Positions 17,401 through 38,159 of a stretch of DNA of 64,000 nt are shown piece after piece. Source of the stretch: Chrysomallon squamiferum (taxonomy: Eukaryota; Animalia; Mollusca); NCBI GenBank assembly GCA_012295275.1, contig CM022677.1:22692001-22756000 (forward strand). Direction: 5' to 3'. Under the pieces are notes generated by a model that saw nothing but the letters and a program-made list of their open reading frames with translations, was not told the origin of the DNA and made no database searches. Every line of letters starts with the position of its first letter. Within the stretch, counting starts at the first letter, position 1. The translations under genes and the position numbers were made by a program.

Positions 17401-17780
17401 AGGTAGGTTGGTATGTTGTTTGGTAGTTAGGTAGGTTGGTATGTTGTTTGGTAGTTAGGTAGGTTGATATGTTGTTTGGTAGGTAGGTTGGAACGTTGTT
17501 TGGTAGGTAGGTCGGTACATTGTTTGGTAGGTAGGTTGGTACATTGTTTGGTATGTAGGTTGGTACGTTGTTTGGTAGGTAAATATATTGGAAGGTTGCT
17601 ACATTGCTAGCTTTGTCGGTACGGACGTTCTTGTTATGTAACTTTATACGTAGGTTGCTAGTTAGGTTGCTAGGTTGGTGGCTAGGTAGGTTGCTAGGAT
17701 GGTGGCTAGGTTGGTTGCTAGGTTGGTTGCTAGGTAGGTTGCTAGGTAGGTTGCTAGGTAGGTTGCTAGGTAGGTGGTTT
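14455..17780. repeat. G/T-skewed satellite block: GGTA-based; 24/28-bp unit ggtaggtaggttggtacgttgttt (15030-17580); 12-bp gttgctaggtag (17650-17780)
   Basis: Direct inspection. Confidence 0.95.
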
Positions 17781-18206
17781 GACTCGGTCCTTTTTTCTTT
17801 AGATTGACGTTACTCTAGCTGATGCGTTGGATGAGTGAGTATCGACGTCATTTTCTCCTTCTTTCTGTCGTTCTTCTTTCTCATTCATTAGTTTCTTTGT
17901 TTTCACTTTGTTTTTCTGTTGTTGTATTTTAAAGAATTCTATTCTAAATATTTTAAGATTCATTAAATGAATTGGTCACATGATTAAACGAAGTATTTTC
18001 TCTGTACCCAATGTTACATTCGATACGATTCATGTCACTGATTTATTTATGCCCACGAAGTTTTTTATTTGTGTCAGCGACGCAGTCTTGCTGAATCACG
18101 TGATCAGCTGACTGTTGTCGTGTTACAGAAGAGAGAAGTAGCTAAATTTTGTCGTATTTAAATCGTAATATTCTCATTATTATTATTCTGTTTATATAAA
18201 CAGAAT

Positions 18207-18246
<40 letters not shown>

Positions 18247-18333
18247 ATACACACATTCACACACACATACACACACACACACTCACACTCACACACACAC
18301 ACACACACACTCACACACACACACACACACACA

Positions 18334-18400
<67 letters not shown>

Positions 18401-19579
18401 ACACACACACACAGACACACAGCGATTCACCCCGAACTGAACATATCGTGTTCTGATGTATTTTGATTAAAAAGATAAATTTGTTTACTACTATCCAGTA
18501 AAGAATACTATGTCTCGGTGAACAAACAGAATGTAGACGTCTGTTAAATCATGACAATGATTTTATATATGTCTGTGACCTAAAACATTTTAAAGTTCGC
18601 AGTGTTGTATGTTTCGCTTGGGTAAACAAGTAAAATGTTAAGACAACAAACTTCACTTAGTTTATGCAGGGTATAGAGACGTACAAGAATAAAAACAAAA
18701 CAATAATGAAGTTTGTGTGTCTCGGTGGAAGATAATCTTGTCATTGATAGAAACAAAGAGTAAAATACTAATAAAATGTACAGCATTATAACACATTAAA
18801 CGCAATAACATATATGTATATACATACATATGTGTGTGTGTGTGTCTGTGTGCATTTTTGTGTATACAAACATAAACATTCATACACACATCTACAATAT
18901 AGAAATTTAACTTTAAATGATTTTATTTTTAATTTATTTATTTTTACCTTGTTTTTCGTTCCAAGGCATGTTAAGAACCCATCAAAGTTGAGAAGTGCCC
19001 TTTTATTTAGATTTATAGTTTTTGTGTGTTTTTAATTTATTTATTTATTACTATTAATTTAAATTTCTGTCAGTGTATAGCAGTATATAGAACACGGGTG
19101 AATTTTTCAATACTGCGTTTTCATAATGTTACGCTGCCCTTTTTGAAAAGCTGGATCCACTCGACTGCAGCTGAACAAAACGTAAGAGATTGTACTTCAT
19201 TCTCTGCTGTTTTCAGATTCCCAAACTGGGTAGAAGGGGCAGCGGACTGAATATTATATAGATATTTTTTCCTTCAAGTATTTATCATTATTATTATTAT
19301 TATTAGTAGTAGTAGTAGTAGTAGTAGTAGTATCGTTATTGCTATTTTTGGTGTTGTTAATTTCTTTATTTATACACACACTTGTACATAATTTTAACAC
19401 TTTTTTATTAGTTTCTTGTCGTATAGATGTATGAACGAAACAAACCTATGTAATATATGCGTGTATTATTATTATTATTAGTAGTAGTAGTAGTAGTAGT
19501 AGTAGTAGCAGTAGTAGTAGTAGTAGTAGTATCATTTTATCTGACTACAAACGAACGTTGAGTTTGCATCCGGTTTTTC

Positions 19580-20535
19580 ATTTTGTACTTTAATGACCTA
19601 TTCAACCATGTGATTCCGCCAGTTCACTATTTATTTTGTACTCTAATGACCTATACAACCATGTGATTCCGCCAGTTCACTATTTATTTTGTACTTTAAT
19701 GACCTATAAAACCATGTGATTCCGCCAGTTCACTATTTATTTTGTACTTTAATGACCTTTGCGATTCCGCCAGTTCACTATTTATTTTGTACTTTAAGGA
19801 CCTATAAAACCACGTGATTCCGCCAGATCACTATTTATTTTGTACTTTAATGACCTATAAAACCACCAGATTCTGCGAGTTCACTATTTATTTTGTACTT
19901 TAATGACCTATAAAACTACGTGATTCCGCCAGTTCACTATTTATTTTGTACTTTAATGACCTATAAAACCACCAGATTCTGCGAGTTCACTATTTACTTT
20001 GTACTTTAATGACCTATAAAACCACCAGATTCCGCCAGTTCACTATTTATTTTGTACTCTAATGACCTATAAAACTACGTGATTCCGCCAGTTCACTATT
20101 TATTTTGTACTTTAATGACCTATACAACCATGTGATTCTGCCAGTTCACTATTTATTTTGTACTTTAATGACCTATACAACCATGTGATTCCGCCAGTTC
20201 ACTATTTATTTTGTACTCTAATGACCTATAAAACTACGTGATTCCGCCAGTTCACTATTTATTTTGTACTTTAATGACCTATAGAACCACCAGATTCCGC
20301 CAGTTCACTATTTACTTTGTATTCTAATGACCTATACAACCATGTGATTCCGCCAGTTCACTATTTACTTTGTACTTTAATGACCTATACAACCACCAAA
20401 TTCTGCCAGTTCACTATTTACTTTGTACTCTAATGACCTATACAACCATGTGATTCCGCCAGTTCACTATTTATTTTGTACTCTAATGACCTATAAAACC
20501 ACGTGATTCTGCGAGTTCAGTGTTTAAACAAGATT
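19580..20535. repeat. About 53-bp minisatellite (ttttgtactttaatgacctatacaaccatgtgattccgccagttcactattta)
   Basis: About 18 tandem units. Confidence 0.95.
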
Positions 20536-20659
20536 TATCCTGCATCATACAGACGCAAACAGAAATGAGACACACAGACAAATGTATGCAGACGCACAGA
20601 CACGTACAGATACAGACGTAGATGCAGAAGCATAAGCAGACAGACACAATAAGAAACCC

Positions 20660-21960
20660 ACAAACACACATACACGCAAAAACATACATATACAATGCAC
20701 ACACAAAACACACACATACATGCAAAAAATACATATACAATGCACACACAAAAACACACACATACATGCAAAAACATACATATACAATGCACACACAAAA
20801 AAAAACACACACATACATGCAAAATCATACATATACAATGCACACACAAAAACACACACATACATGCAAAAACATACATATACAATGCACACACAAAAAC
20901 ACAAACACGCACATACATGCAAAAATATACATATACAATGCACACACAAAAACACACACATACATGCAAAATCATACATATACAATGCACACACAAAAAC
21001 ACACACATACATGCAAAACATACATATACAATGCACACACAAAAAACACAAACACAACATGCAAAAATACATATACAATGCACACAAAAAACACACACAT
21101 ACATGCAAATCATACATATACAATGCACACACAAAAACACACACATACATGCAAAAACATACATATACAATGCACACACAAAAACACACACATACATGCA
21201 AAAACATACATATACAATGCACACACAAAAACACACACATACATGCAAAAACATACATATACAATGCACACACAAAAACACAAACACACAGACATGCAAA
21301 AACATACATATAAAAAACAATACAATGCACACACAAAAACACAAACACACACAGACATGCAAAATCATACATATACAATGCACACACAAAAACACACACA
21401 TACATGCAGAAACATACATATACAATGCACACACAAAAACACAAACACACAGACATGCAAAACATACATATATACAATGCACACACAAAAAACACAAACA
21501 CGCACATACATGCAAAAACATACATATACAATGCACACACAAAAACAAAACACGCACATACATGCAAAACATACATATACAATGCAAAAAACACACACAG
21601 ACATGCAAAAACATACATATACAATGCACACATAAAACATATACAATGCACACACACATACAAAAACATAGATATACAATGCACACAAAAAAAACAAACA
21701 CACACATACATGCAAAAACATAGATATACAATGCACACAAAAAAAACAAACAAACACACATACATGCAAAACATAGATATACAATGCACACAAAAAAAAC
21801 ACAAACACACACATACATGCAAAAACATAGATATACAATGCACACACAAAAACACAAACACACACATACATGCAAAAACATACATATACAATGCACACAC
21901 AAAAACACAAACACACACATACATGCAAAAACATAGATATACAATGCACACACAAAAACA
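20660..21960. repeat. CA-rich about 50-bp minisatellite (tatacaatgcacacacaaaaacacacacatacatgcaaaaacataca)
   Basis: Direct inspection. Confidence 0.93.
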
Positions 21961-22187
21961 ACAAACACACGGAGGCACAGACACAGAGATATATTAAGAC
22001 AAAAGCACAAACATACAAGCACCGACCCACAAGCACACACACACTGACAATCACAAACACTAATAATAATAATCATAAATATAATAATAATAATAATAAT
22101 AATAGATATATTAATTGTTTTTATTTTATATTTTCTTTCTTCCTTCCTTTCTAATATTTAGCCAAGAGCAAATGAAGAATGTACTCA

Positions 22188-22314
<127 letters not shown>

Positions 22315-23283
22315 ACTCAAAACAGTTTCACAGTTTCAATGTAGTATGTTTCGCTAATTTTCTAGACAGGATATGCATATAAATACCTGTAGTCTTGGTA
22401 AACAAAATCTTGAGTCTCGCTGACCCAGTATTGATCGTGACCATTCGAATGATTTCGGCCGAATACACGGACAAATCCGAACCTTCCTGAATGAGTGTTT
22501 GCTTTAGTTGTCTGCTTCGCGATGTTCTTTAATTGATTTCTTTGATTGTTTGGTTAATTTCGTGTCTGTTGAAAGGACTAATGAAATTAACTGTAACCAT
22601 TTTTGGATCGCAATCACGACCATGACGTCACTTTTCCTACACTTAAAAGCTGAAATATGAATATGTTTTTGTTTTTTATGGGCTACCAACAACAAATTTT
22701 GGTCATTGATTTTTTTCAAAACGAATATTTGGGAGCCCAAATTACTTTTTTTGGCCACCAATCATTTGATACGAGTTTCATGCCCTGCATACTTGTCTTT
22801 TTAAAACTGTTTACATATTAATATCTCATGAATATCTCAGCTTAATAACAATTTACTAATTCTTGAAACTGACAGCATTTAGTAGTTCGTGTAGTGACTG
22901 AACCTCTAAACTGCTTTATGAGCCAGAAACTCACGAGTCGACTTTCTATTTGTTTTAAAAATGAACAAAACATTCTTCGCTTTATTCATCATAATATATG
23001 TGCATTAGAAAACTTAGAAGTACTAAAACATATTATTTTCACAAACGTTTAATAAAAATTATATTAAAACTTTTTTTCATTCTCTTAGAATAATTTCTTT
23101 AAATTAAGGACAGGAATGTGCCCCATGATACATTGTTGCTTTCTTTCTTTCTAAGATATAAGAATTGTTTTACTTTCAAAATATTCATAGTTAATTTGTT
23201 TTTTTTAGGTTTTGATGAAGGCTGCTACTCTACAAACAACGATCCTTTAACATCTGCATCTTTGCTAATATCTACCCACCATC

Positions 23284-29908
<6,625 letters not shown>

Positions 29909-31598
29909 AGATACTCCACCCATTTTACTGACTTGTTCCGCTTATAATCGTTTTCTAATACACTGAATTTATGTACAGTTGTGGGTTGTGGTAGTGGTCA
30001 ACTAATTTTCTTTATAAGTAGCATTATTCTGCAATTTATCACTCGAATTTAATTTCAGATCCAGAACTAATATAATTAGAAACAAAATGTATTATTTAGC
30101 ATAACTATTATTTTTATTGTTTTAGAGTTTTCAAAATTTATTATTAAAGATATTAATTATTCTAATCAACTGGTGCAACTGTTTTTCAATGGTATTATGA
30201 CATATCTCGTAATACAAATACACACATACATAAAATTCATCAGTTTGAGTTCAAGATTACTTGCTTTCAGAGACAAATACCTCTTTTATTTCCTCCTATT
30301 TACAACAGCACTGTACTTTTTAAATGTTTTCCTTTTCTCTTAAGTTCTATCAATATTTGAACCAAACTGATTTTATAACTGAGTTTTACCTGCTGACATC
30401 ACACACATGAATATATGTATCAGAATGTTTGATGTTGATTTATTTATTATCTTCACAATAATTTATTTGGTTAAATGATAGACTGGGATTCTCACCTAGA
30501 AATTTCTAAGCTATTAAAAGCCTATATTTGTGTCATATACTTTTTAAACCACCTATTTATTCCATGTATATATGTATGTATGAATGTATGTATGTATGTA
30601 TCTATGTATGTATGTATGTATATACGTATCTATATATGTGTATGTATGTATGTTTGTATGTATCTATATATGTATGTATGTATGTATCTGTGTATTGTAT
30701 GTGTATGTATGTATATATGTTTGTATGTATGTATGTATGTATGTGTGTATGTATCTATGTATGTATGTATGTATGTATATATGTATGTATGTTTGTATGT
30801 ATCTATATATGTATGTATGTATGTATCTGTGTATTGTATGTGTATGTATGTATATATGTATGTATATATGTTTGTATGTATGTATGTTTGTGTGTGTGTA
30901 TGTATGTATGTATGTATGTATCTATGTATCTATGTATGTATGTATCTGTATGTATGTATGTATATATGTATGCATGTTTGTATGTATGTATGTATGTATG
31001 TATGTATGTATGTATGTATGTATGTATGTATCTATGTATGTTTGGAGGTAGACAGGTAAACACACCTGATGACGTATGTATCCACAGAAATACTCATGTA
31101 TCTATTTCACGGTTTTTAACTTCACTTTAATAATATTTCAAATTAATAACTCATTTAAGATATAAAATGCCACATTTATATAAATCTACGTGTGAATATT
31201 CTCAATATAAAACTTTCACCTTTATCATGCTGCATATCAGAAAAGTTCAGATGACATTAAACAAAAAACAGAAGTTATTTTCTTAAAGTTGTGATATCAT
31301 TTTATTTTTTACCATAAGAGAATATGATATTCATTGATGTATTACCTGAAAATATAAAACATCCAATGAAGCTGAAACAGATAGCAAGAAAATTATAATT
31401 ATGCAATGGAAAGAGAAACATTAATAGATAAAAATGTGTTATTCTTGCTGTACTCTGAATGAAACTTGTCATAAACAGAGTTGAAATTATTTTTTCAGCC
31501 ACTGTGTAAGTGTCCTGCATTAAACTAAACAAAATATTAACTGACATCTTGTAAACGCATTAATTAACTCTGTGGAATAAATTTATTTTCTCACCTTT

Positions 31599-32027
31599 TC
31601 AGTATGCGTTGTATCCGCCTCCGTATTGGTTTCCGTATCCTCCATATCCGCCTCCGTATCCTCCTCCGTATCCTCCCCCGATATTTCCGTATCCTCCCCC
31701 ATATCCGCCTCCATATCCTCCTTTACCTCCTCCGAAACCTCCCCATCCTCCTCCAAATCCTCCTTTACCTCCTCCGAAACCTCCCCATCCTCCTCCGTGT
31801 CCACCTCCGAAACCTCCCCATCCTCCTCCGTGACCCCCTTTACCTCCTCCAAATCCTCCCCAGCCTCCTCCGTGTCCTCCACCGAAACCTCCCCATCCAC
31901 CTTTTCCGTAACTGCCTAAACCTCCATTACCTTTTCCGTAATATCCACCATTGAATCCATAATAGGATTGTCCGGCACAGGCAAGAGACAAGCAGACGGC
32001 AAGAACGACGAAAACAGCTTTCATCAT
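31599..32027 (-). CDS. Secreted glycine-rich repeat protein, copy 3 (142 aa, complete)
   Basis: Same signal peptide and GGGWGGFGGG[H/K] and GGGY modules; N-terminus GQSYYGFNGG. Exon 1 donor at 32392, 3'UTR intron 31594-31346. Confidence 0.92.
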   Translation of the reverse strand: MMKAVFVVLAVCLSLACAGQSYYGFNGGYYGKGNGGLGSYGKGGWGGFGGGHGGGWGGFGGGKGGHGGGWGGFGGGHGGGWGGFGGGKGGFGGGWGGFGGGKGGYGGGYGGGYGNIGGGYGGGYGGGYGGYGNQYGGGYNAY

Positions 32028-32414
32028 TTTAAAGGTCTACAAAAAAGAGAGAAGAACTACAATTTTAATATATATACATATATTATTTTATCATAAACTT
32101 CCAGTAAGTCATATTATGTACTGAGAACATAAAATTTAATTTCATTTTTGTAACTTGAGCTGCATCAAGTAGTAAACGAAATTCTTTCTGATGAAAATAC
32201 GATAGAGATAGAAAATGGTAAACTATTAGATTTTCAATACCTTATAATAATTTACATCTGAAACTTTATTAATTTGCCTTACAGTCTAGTAACCAATAAA
32301 ACATGAATAACAATTGTTTAAGCTTAATGATATTTCATTACATTAGTAATTAAAGAAGTAAACAAAATCAAACTATTGACCAGTTTACTTACTGTGTTGG
32401 TTTCCAGATTAATT

Positions 32415-32481
32415 CTGATGTGTTCTCTTCCCTGCTCTATTTATACAACACAGTTTATTACTTAGATTGGTCGTGACGTCA
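32415..32481 (-). promoter_or_regulatory. Core promoter of Gly-rich copy 3 (TATAAATA 32445-32438, CCAAT, CRE TGACGTCA 32474-32481)
   Basis: Near-identical to 555-620. Confidence 0.75.
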
Positions 32482-32874
32482 CATTATGTAACATTTGATT
32501 CATGTGAACCTTTGATTGATTGGAAATCCATCAATTTGCTTTGATCTCAAATTGAGTAAAGATTGATGATAATTATCATTTCTCCCATCAGCTATAGTTT
32601 TCTCCCCGTTTACGAATAAATTAAAAAATGATTTCATCAGCTTTAAAAAAGAAACACACTAGAATGTTGTTCAAGCAAATAAATTATTTTATCTGTTTCT
32701 TTTTCTTTTTTTTAATACTTTTTCTGAACGAATTTATTATTATTATTTACAATCTGTTATTTCTGTCACCATCTTGAAAGTGAATCGTGTATTTCAATCG
32801 TCAACAACAAGTTAAGCTGAAGGTTGTGTGTTTTTTATTGAAATAATCACAGTTCTCGACATGACACAGATAAA

Positions 32875-34899
32875 TGTGGAAGCGGTTTTCGCGCATGAGA
32901 AGCAAAGTGTAAATTGGAAGAAGTATTTGGAGGAGTCCATGAAGGTTGGTTTGATGGATACGGACATTGATGTGGAGGCGGACACGGACATTGATGTGGA
33001 GGCGGATACGGAGATTGGTGTGATTGATACGAACATTGATGTGGAGGCGAATACGAACATTGATGTGGAGGCAGATACGAACATTGATATGGATTGATAC
33101 GAACATTGATGTGGAGGCGAATACGAACATTGATGTGGAGGCGGATACGAACATTGATGTGGATTGATACGAACATTGATGTGGAGGCGGATACGAACAT
33201 TGATGTGGATTGGTACGAACATTGATGTGGAGGCGAATACGAACATTGATGTGGAGGCGGATACGAACATTGATGTGGATTGGTACGAACATTGATGTGG
33301 AGGCGAATACGAACATTGATGTGGAGGCGGATACGAACATTGATGTGGATTGATACGAACATTGATGTGGAGGCGGATACGAACATTGATGTGGAGGCGG
33401 ATACGAACATTGATGTGGATTGATACGAACATTGATGTGGAGGCGCATACGAACATTGATGTGGAGGCGGATACGAACACTGATGTGGATTGATACGGAC
33501 ATTGATGTGGAGGCGAATACGAACATTGATGTGGAGGCGGATACGGACACTGATGTGGAGGCGGATACGAACATTGATGTGGAGGCGGATACGGACACTG
33601 ATGTGGAGGCGGATACGAACATTGATGTGGAGGCGGATACGGACATTGATGTGGAGGCGGATACGAACATTGATGTGGAGGCGGATACGAACATTGATGT
33701 GGAGGCGGAGGCGGACAGTGATGTGGAGGCGGATACGGACATTGATGTGGAGGCGGATACGGACATTGATGTGGATTGATACGAACATTGATGTGGAGGC
33801 GGATACGAACATTGATGTGGATTGATACGGACATTGATGTGGAGGCGGATACGAACATTGATGTGGAGGCGGATACGAACATTGATGTGGAGGCGGATAC
33901 GGACACTGATGTGGAGGCGGATACGAACATTGATGTGGAGGCGGATACGAACATTGATGTGGAGGCGGATGCGGACACTGATGTGGAGGTGGATACGGAC
34001 ACTGATGTGGAGGCGGATACGGACATTGATGTGGATTGATACGAACATTGATGTGGAGGCGGATACGAACATTGATGTGGATTGGTACGAACATTGATGT
34101 GGAGGCGAATACGAACATTGATGTGGAGGCGAATACGAACATTGATGTGGATTGATACGAACATTGATGTGGAGGCGGATACGAACATTGATGTGGATTG
34201 GTACGAACATTGATGTGGAGGCGGATACGAACATTGATGTGGAGGCGGATACGAACATTGATGTGGATTGATGTGGAGGCGGATACGATGGATTGATACG
34301 AACATTGATGTGGAGGCGGATACGAACATTGATGTGGAGGCGGATACGAACACTGATGTGGATTGATACGGACATTGATGTGGAGGCGAATACGAACATT
34401 GATGTGGAGGCGGATACGGACACTGATGTGGAGGCGGATACGAACATTGATGTGGAGGCGGATACGGACACTGATGTGGAGGTGGATACGGACACTGATG
34501 TGGAGGCGGATACGGAAATTGATGTGGAGGCGGATACGGAAATTGATGTGGAGGCGGATGCGGAGATTGATGTGGAGGCGGATGCGGAGATTGATGTGGA
34601 GGCGGATGCGGAAATTGATGTGGAGGCGGATGCGGAGACTGATGTGGAGGCGGATGCGGAGATTGATGTGGAGGCGGATGCGGAAATTGATGTGGAGGCG
34701 GATGCGGAGATTGATGTGGAGGCGGATGCGGAGATTGATGTGGAGGCGGATGCGGAGATTGATGTGGAGGCGGATGCGGAGATTGATGTGGAGGCGGATG
34801 CGGAGATTGATGTGGAGGCGGATGCGGAGATTGATGTGGAGGCGGATACGGACACGATACGCAGAAAGAAGTGAGTATGCAGGACACAACTCAAACTGA
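32875..34899 (+). pseudogene. Second copy of the decayed Gly-rich paralog, with the 24/22-bp unit expanded to roughly 80 copies
   Basis: Same unique start (ggaagcggttttc..catgagaagcaaagtgtaaattgg) and end ([17 protein letters not shown]) as 1273-1599. Array of tgatgtggaggcggatacg[g/a]acat between about 32960 and 34850. Confidence 0.7.
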
Positions 34900-35935
34900 A
34901 AAAGTTAAAAATTTAGGTACGACTTACTTTTTATTAGATTCTTTTTCTTTTCTTGTTTTTCTTTTAGTATCAGCAACCAGAAATGTTTACAAATTGTAAA
35001 TATGTTTTACTTGATCAGTAAGCTTCAGGTTAAACACATTTAATTATTGATTGATTAAAGATATACGTCTGTATTTAGCAATGCAACGTTTATTTAAATT
35101 AGGATTATTACTGTCCGTACATTCATCTAATCTGTTAATATCTTTTATATGTTTTCATTTCTTATATAACATTCAGTACTTTATAAGTATCACAAATGAC
35201 TACCTAAGTGTTGTGAATTAAGCTATTCATTGTCGATCTCTTTTTTTTTCTTTGTCTCATTTATTTATCTATTAATTATTTGTTAGTTAAACTTGGAAAA
35301 AAAAAAAAAATCCAGAATTAGTATATAAAATAGATAAATTACAAAACTTCTTAAAATAGAAATTATTGTTTTATGAATTGTTCTTGGTTTGCTGTTAATT
35401 CTGAGATAATTGTTTTCAGTAAATAATTGTTCTGTGTATAACAGATTATTGAAAGATAAGGAAATGTGCTAGTTCAAACATACAGAAAAGAAGTAAAGAA
35501 TTAGTTGTATTTCAGGGCACAAACCCGTTTTCTTTTTCTTGTTGCTGCATTTTGTTCAGTTTTGTTTTCATTTTGCAGCCGAAAAAAAACAGAAAAGCGG
35601 AAAATCCAGAAATCCGGTATCCTTAGGGTTCAAGAAATCCGGTGTCCTTAAGCTCCAAGGAGTCCGGATTATTGGTTCGGTACCTGTAGAAGCATACATT
35701 TCTATTTTAAATATTTTAGCATGTTTACTTATTTATAAACTGTTGATACAGATTATTTTTCTTGGGGAATTCCGAGGATGTTATTGGTATTCGACACATT
35801 TTTTTCTACACAGATGTTCTTTGTTCCCCTCTCTGAATTGTTGCACGTCAGTAAATAAACTAAATGTATTCTCTTCATTATTGTATGGTGAAATTAGTTT
35901 TAAGCTATTTTTAAACTAAATCAAAGAAACAAAGC

Positions 35936-35990
<55 letters not shown>

Positions 35991-36309
35991 TTCAGGGCTA
36001 ATATTGAGCTGTGAAGGAACTGAGGTAAGGAAGAAAACTTATATATATACTCACACACATCCATCCATCCATCTATACTTAAATACACAACTGGAATTCC
36101 ACACACATACAAACACTCGTACACACATACGTACAGACCTATATCTTTACATAAATACATACTTACGTATATAGTTTCAAAATGTTTTATGTACGAAAAT
36201 AAATGTTTCAAAAATAAAATAGCAAAATAATAAATATTTAGCCAAGTACAACAAAATTAACTTTAAAAATCAGAGGGACTGTAATATACATTACACTAGT
36301 CGATTAAGT

Positions 36310-37891
36310 CAGCAACATTAAGAACAACTACATACATACATACATACATACATACATACATACATACTTATATACAAATACAAACAGATATATGCCAATA
36401 TACACATACAAACCTTTTATTAAACTATAACAGCAACATTAAGAACAACTACATACATACATACATACATACATACATACATACATACTTACATACAAAT
36501 ACAAACACAGATATATGCCAATATACAGTATACCCTCACCTGTTCGCGGTTCCCCATTCGCGGCCCCGCATATTCGCGGGTTAGGCTCTTAACCCTATCG
36601 CATCGTATGCTGGTATACAAGGCGAGCGTCATAACGTCATAAAAACAAATGCTCGGTAAACCGCACAAACAATATCAAATTTTTTCAATTATTATTGCAA
36701 TGCAGTACGTATTTTTTTATAAATGCATACACTGTATGTACAGTGCATATTTTTTGTGACCGTGTATTAATAATGTTTTTAATTGCATATTATTACTGAA
36801 TTGTATTATTATTACCTGAACTGTGCGTACTGTATTTATCTGTCTGTTTGCCTTTAAATTTGTTCCACTTTCTGTCAATTCTAATACATATGTTATACGC
36901 ATATAAAATGACTTTACGGTACAGTAATACAGTATGGGTAACTATGCTATGCGGTGTTACTGTCCTCCTGTACTTACGTTTCTTTATGATTAAAATATTG
37001 TTTCAGTAAAAAATTAAAATGTGTTTACATTATCATTACTACATTAGTGAAATACATAACTGCATGCAATATTACTACATTATTACTGTATTAATGAGTA
37101 AGAGTGTCTTTAGAAAGTGTTTGGGAAGCATTTAGTACCGTATATAATCTCATAATAGACGTACACACACAAACCTTTTATTAAACTATAACAGCAACAT
37201 TAAGAACAACTACATACATACATACATACATACTTACATACTAATACAAACACAGATATATGCCAATATACACATACAAACCTTTTATTAAACTATAACA
37301 GCAACATTAAGAACAACTACATACATACACACATACATACATACAAACACAGATATATGCCAATATACACACACAAACCTTTTATTAAACTATAACAGCA
37401 ACATTAAGAACAACTACATACATACATACATACATACATACATACATACAAATACAGATATATGCCAGTATACACATACAAACCTTTTATTAAACTATAA
37501 TAACAGCAACATTAAGAACAACTCCATACATACATACATACATACATACATACATACATACATACATACATACTTACATACAAATACAAACACAGATATA
37601 TGCCAATATACACACACAAACCTTTTATTAAACTATAACAGCAACATTAAGAACAACTACATACATACATACATACATACATACATACTTACATACAAAT
37701 ACAAACACAGATATATGCCAGTATACACATACAAACCTTTTATTAAACTATAACAGCAACATTAAGAACTACATACATACATACATACATACATACATAC
37801 ATACTTACATACAAATACAAACACAGATATATGCCAGTATACACACACAAACCTTTTATTAAACTATAACAGCAATATTAAGAACAACTAC

Positions 37892-37922
<31 letters not shown>

Positions 37923-38135
37923 CATACTTACATACAAATACAAACACAGATATATGCCAGTATACACATACAAACCTTTTATTAAACTATAACAGCAACA
38001 TTAAGAACAACTACATACATACATACATACATACATACATACATACTTACATACAAATACAAACACAGATATATGCCAGTATACACACACAAACCTTTTA
38101 TTAAACTATAACAGCAATATTAAGAACAACTACTT
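36310..38135. repeat. About 115-bp minisatellite containing variable (CATA)n
   Basis: Unit aaccttttattaaactataacagcaacattaagaacaacta(cata)n..gatatatgcc, interrupted by an insertion at 36526-37160. Confidence 0.93.
36526..37160 (+). mobile_element. Truncated Tigger/pogo-like non-autonomous DNA transposon fragment inserted in a minisatellite
   Basis: Begins TA|CAGTATACCCTCACCTGTTCGCGG with three TTCGCGG subterminal motifs and interrupts a repeat unit at TA. No right TIR was found. Confidence 0.55.
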
Positions 38136-38159
38136 ACAGACGTGTTTCAGTTGTTTTTC

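Noticed and set aside
14455-17780. Possible interstitial telomeric repeat
   Set aside because: Units are GGTA/GGTT-based, not tandem TTAGGG or TTAGG.
19580-20535. Regularly spaced repeats resembling a CRISPR array (also 46193-47775 and 54093-55590)
   Set aside because: Head-to-tail units without unique spacers, no cas genes, and a eukaryotic intron-containing context.
20483-22076. Cys/Val-rich and His/Thr-rich long ORFs (also 3490-3937, 30475-31130, 61243-62167)
   Set aside because: Translations of CA/TG and TATG microsatellite-derived tracts.
22366-22787. Possible hAT-like MITE (right end reads CAGGGCATG on the minus strand)
   Set aside because: The left end matches only weakly and no 8-bp target duplication is visible.
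32801-34894. Three minus-strand ORFs of about 690 aa (SASTS, PPPHQC and RIRLHIN repeats)
   Set aside because: All three frames are open because the repeat's reverse complement lacks stops, and frames interchange at 22-bp units. There is no independent gene signal.
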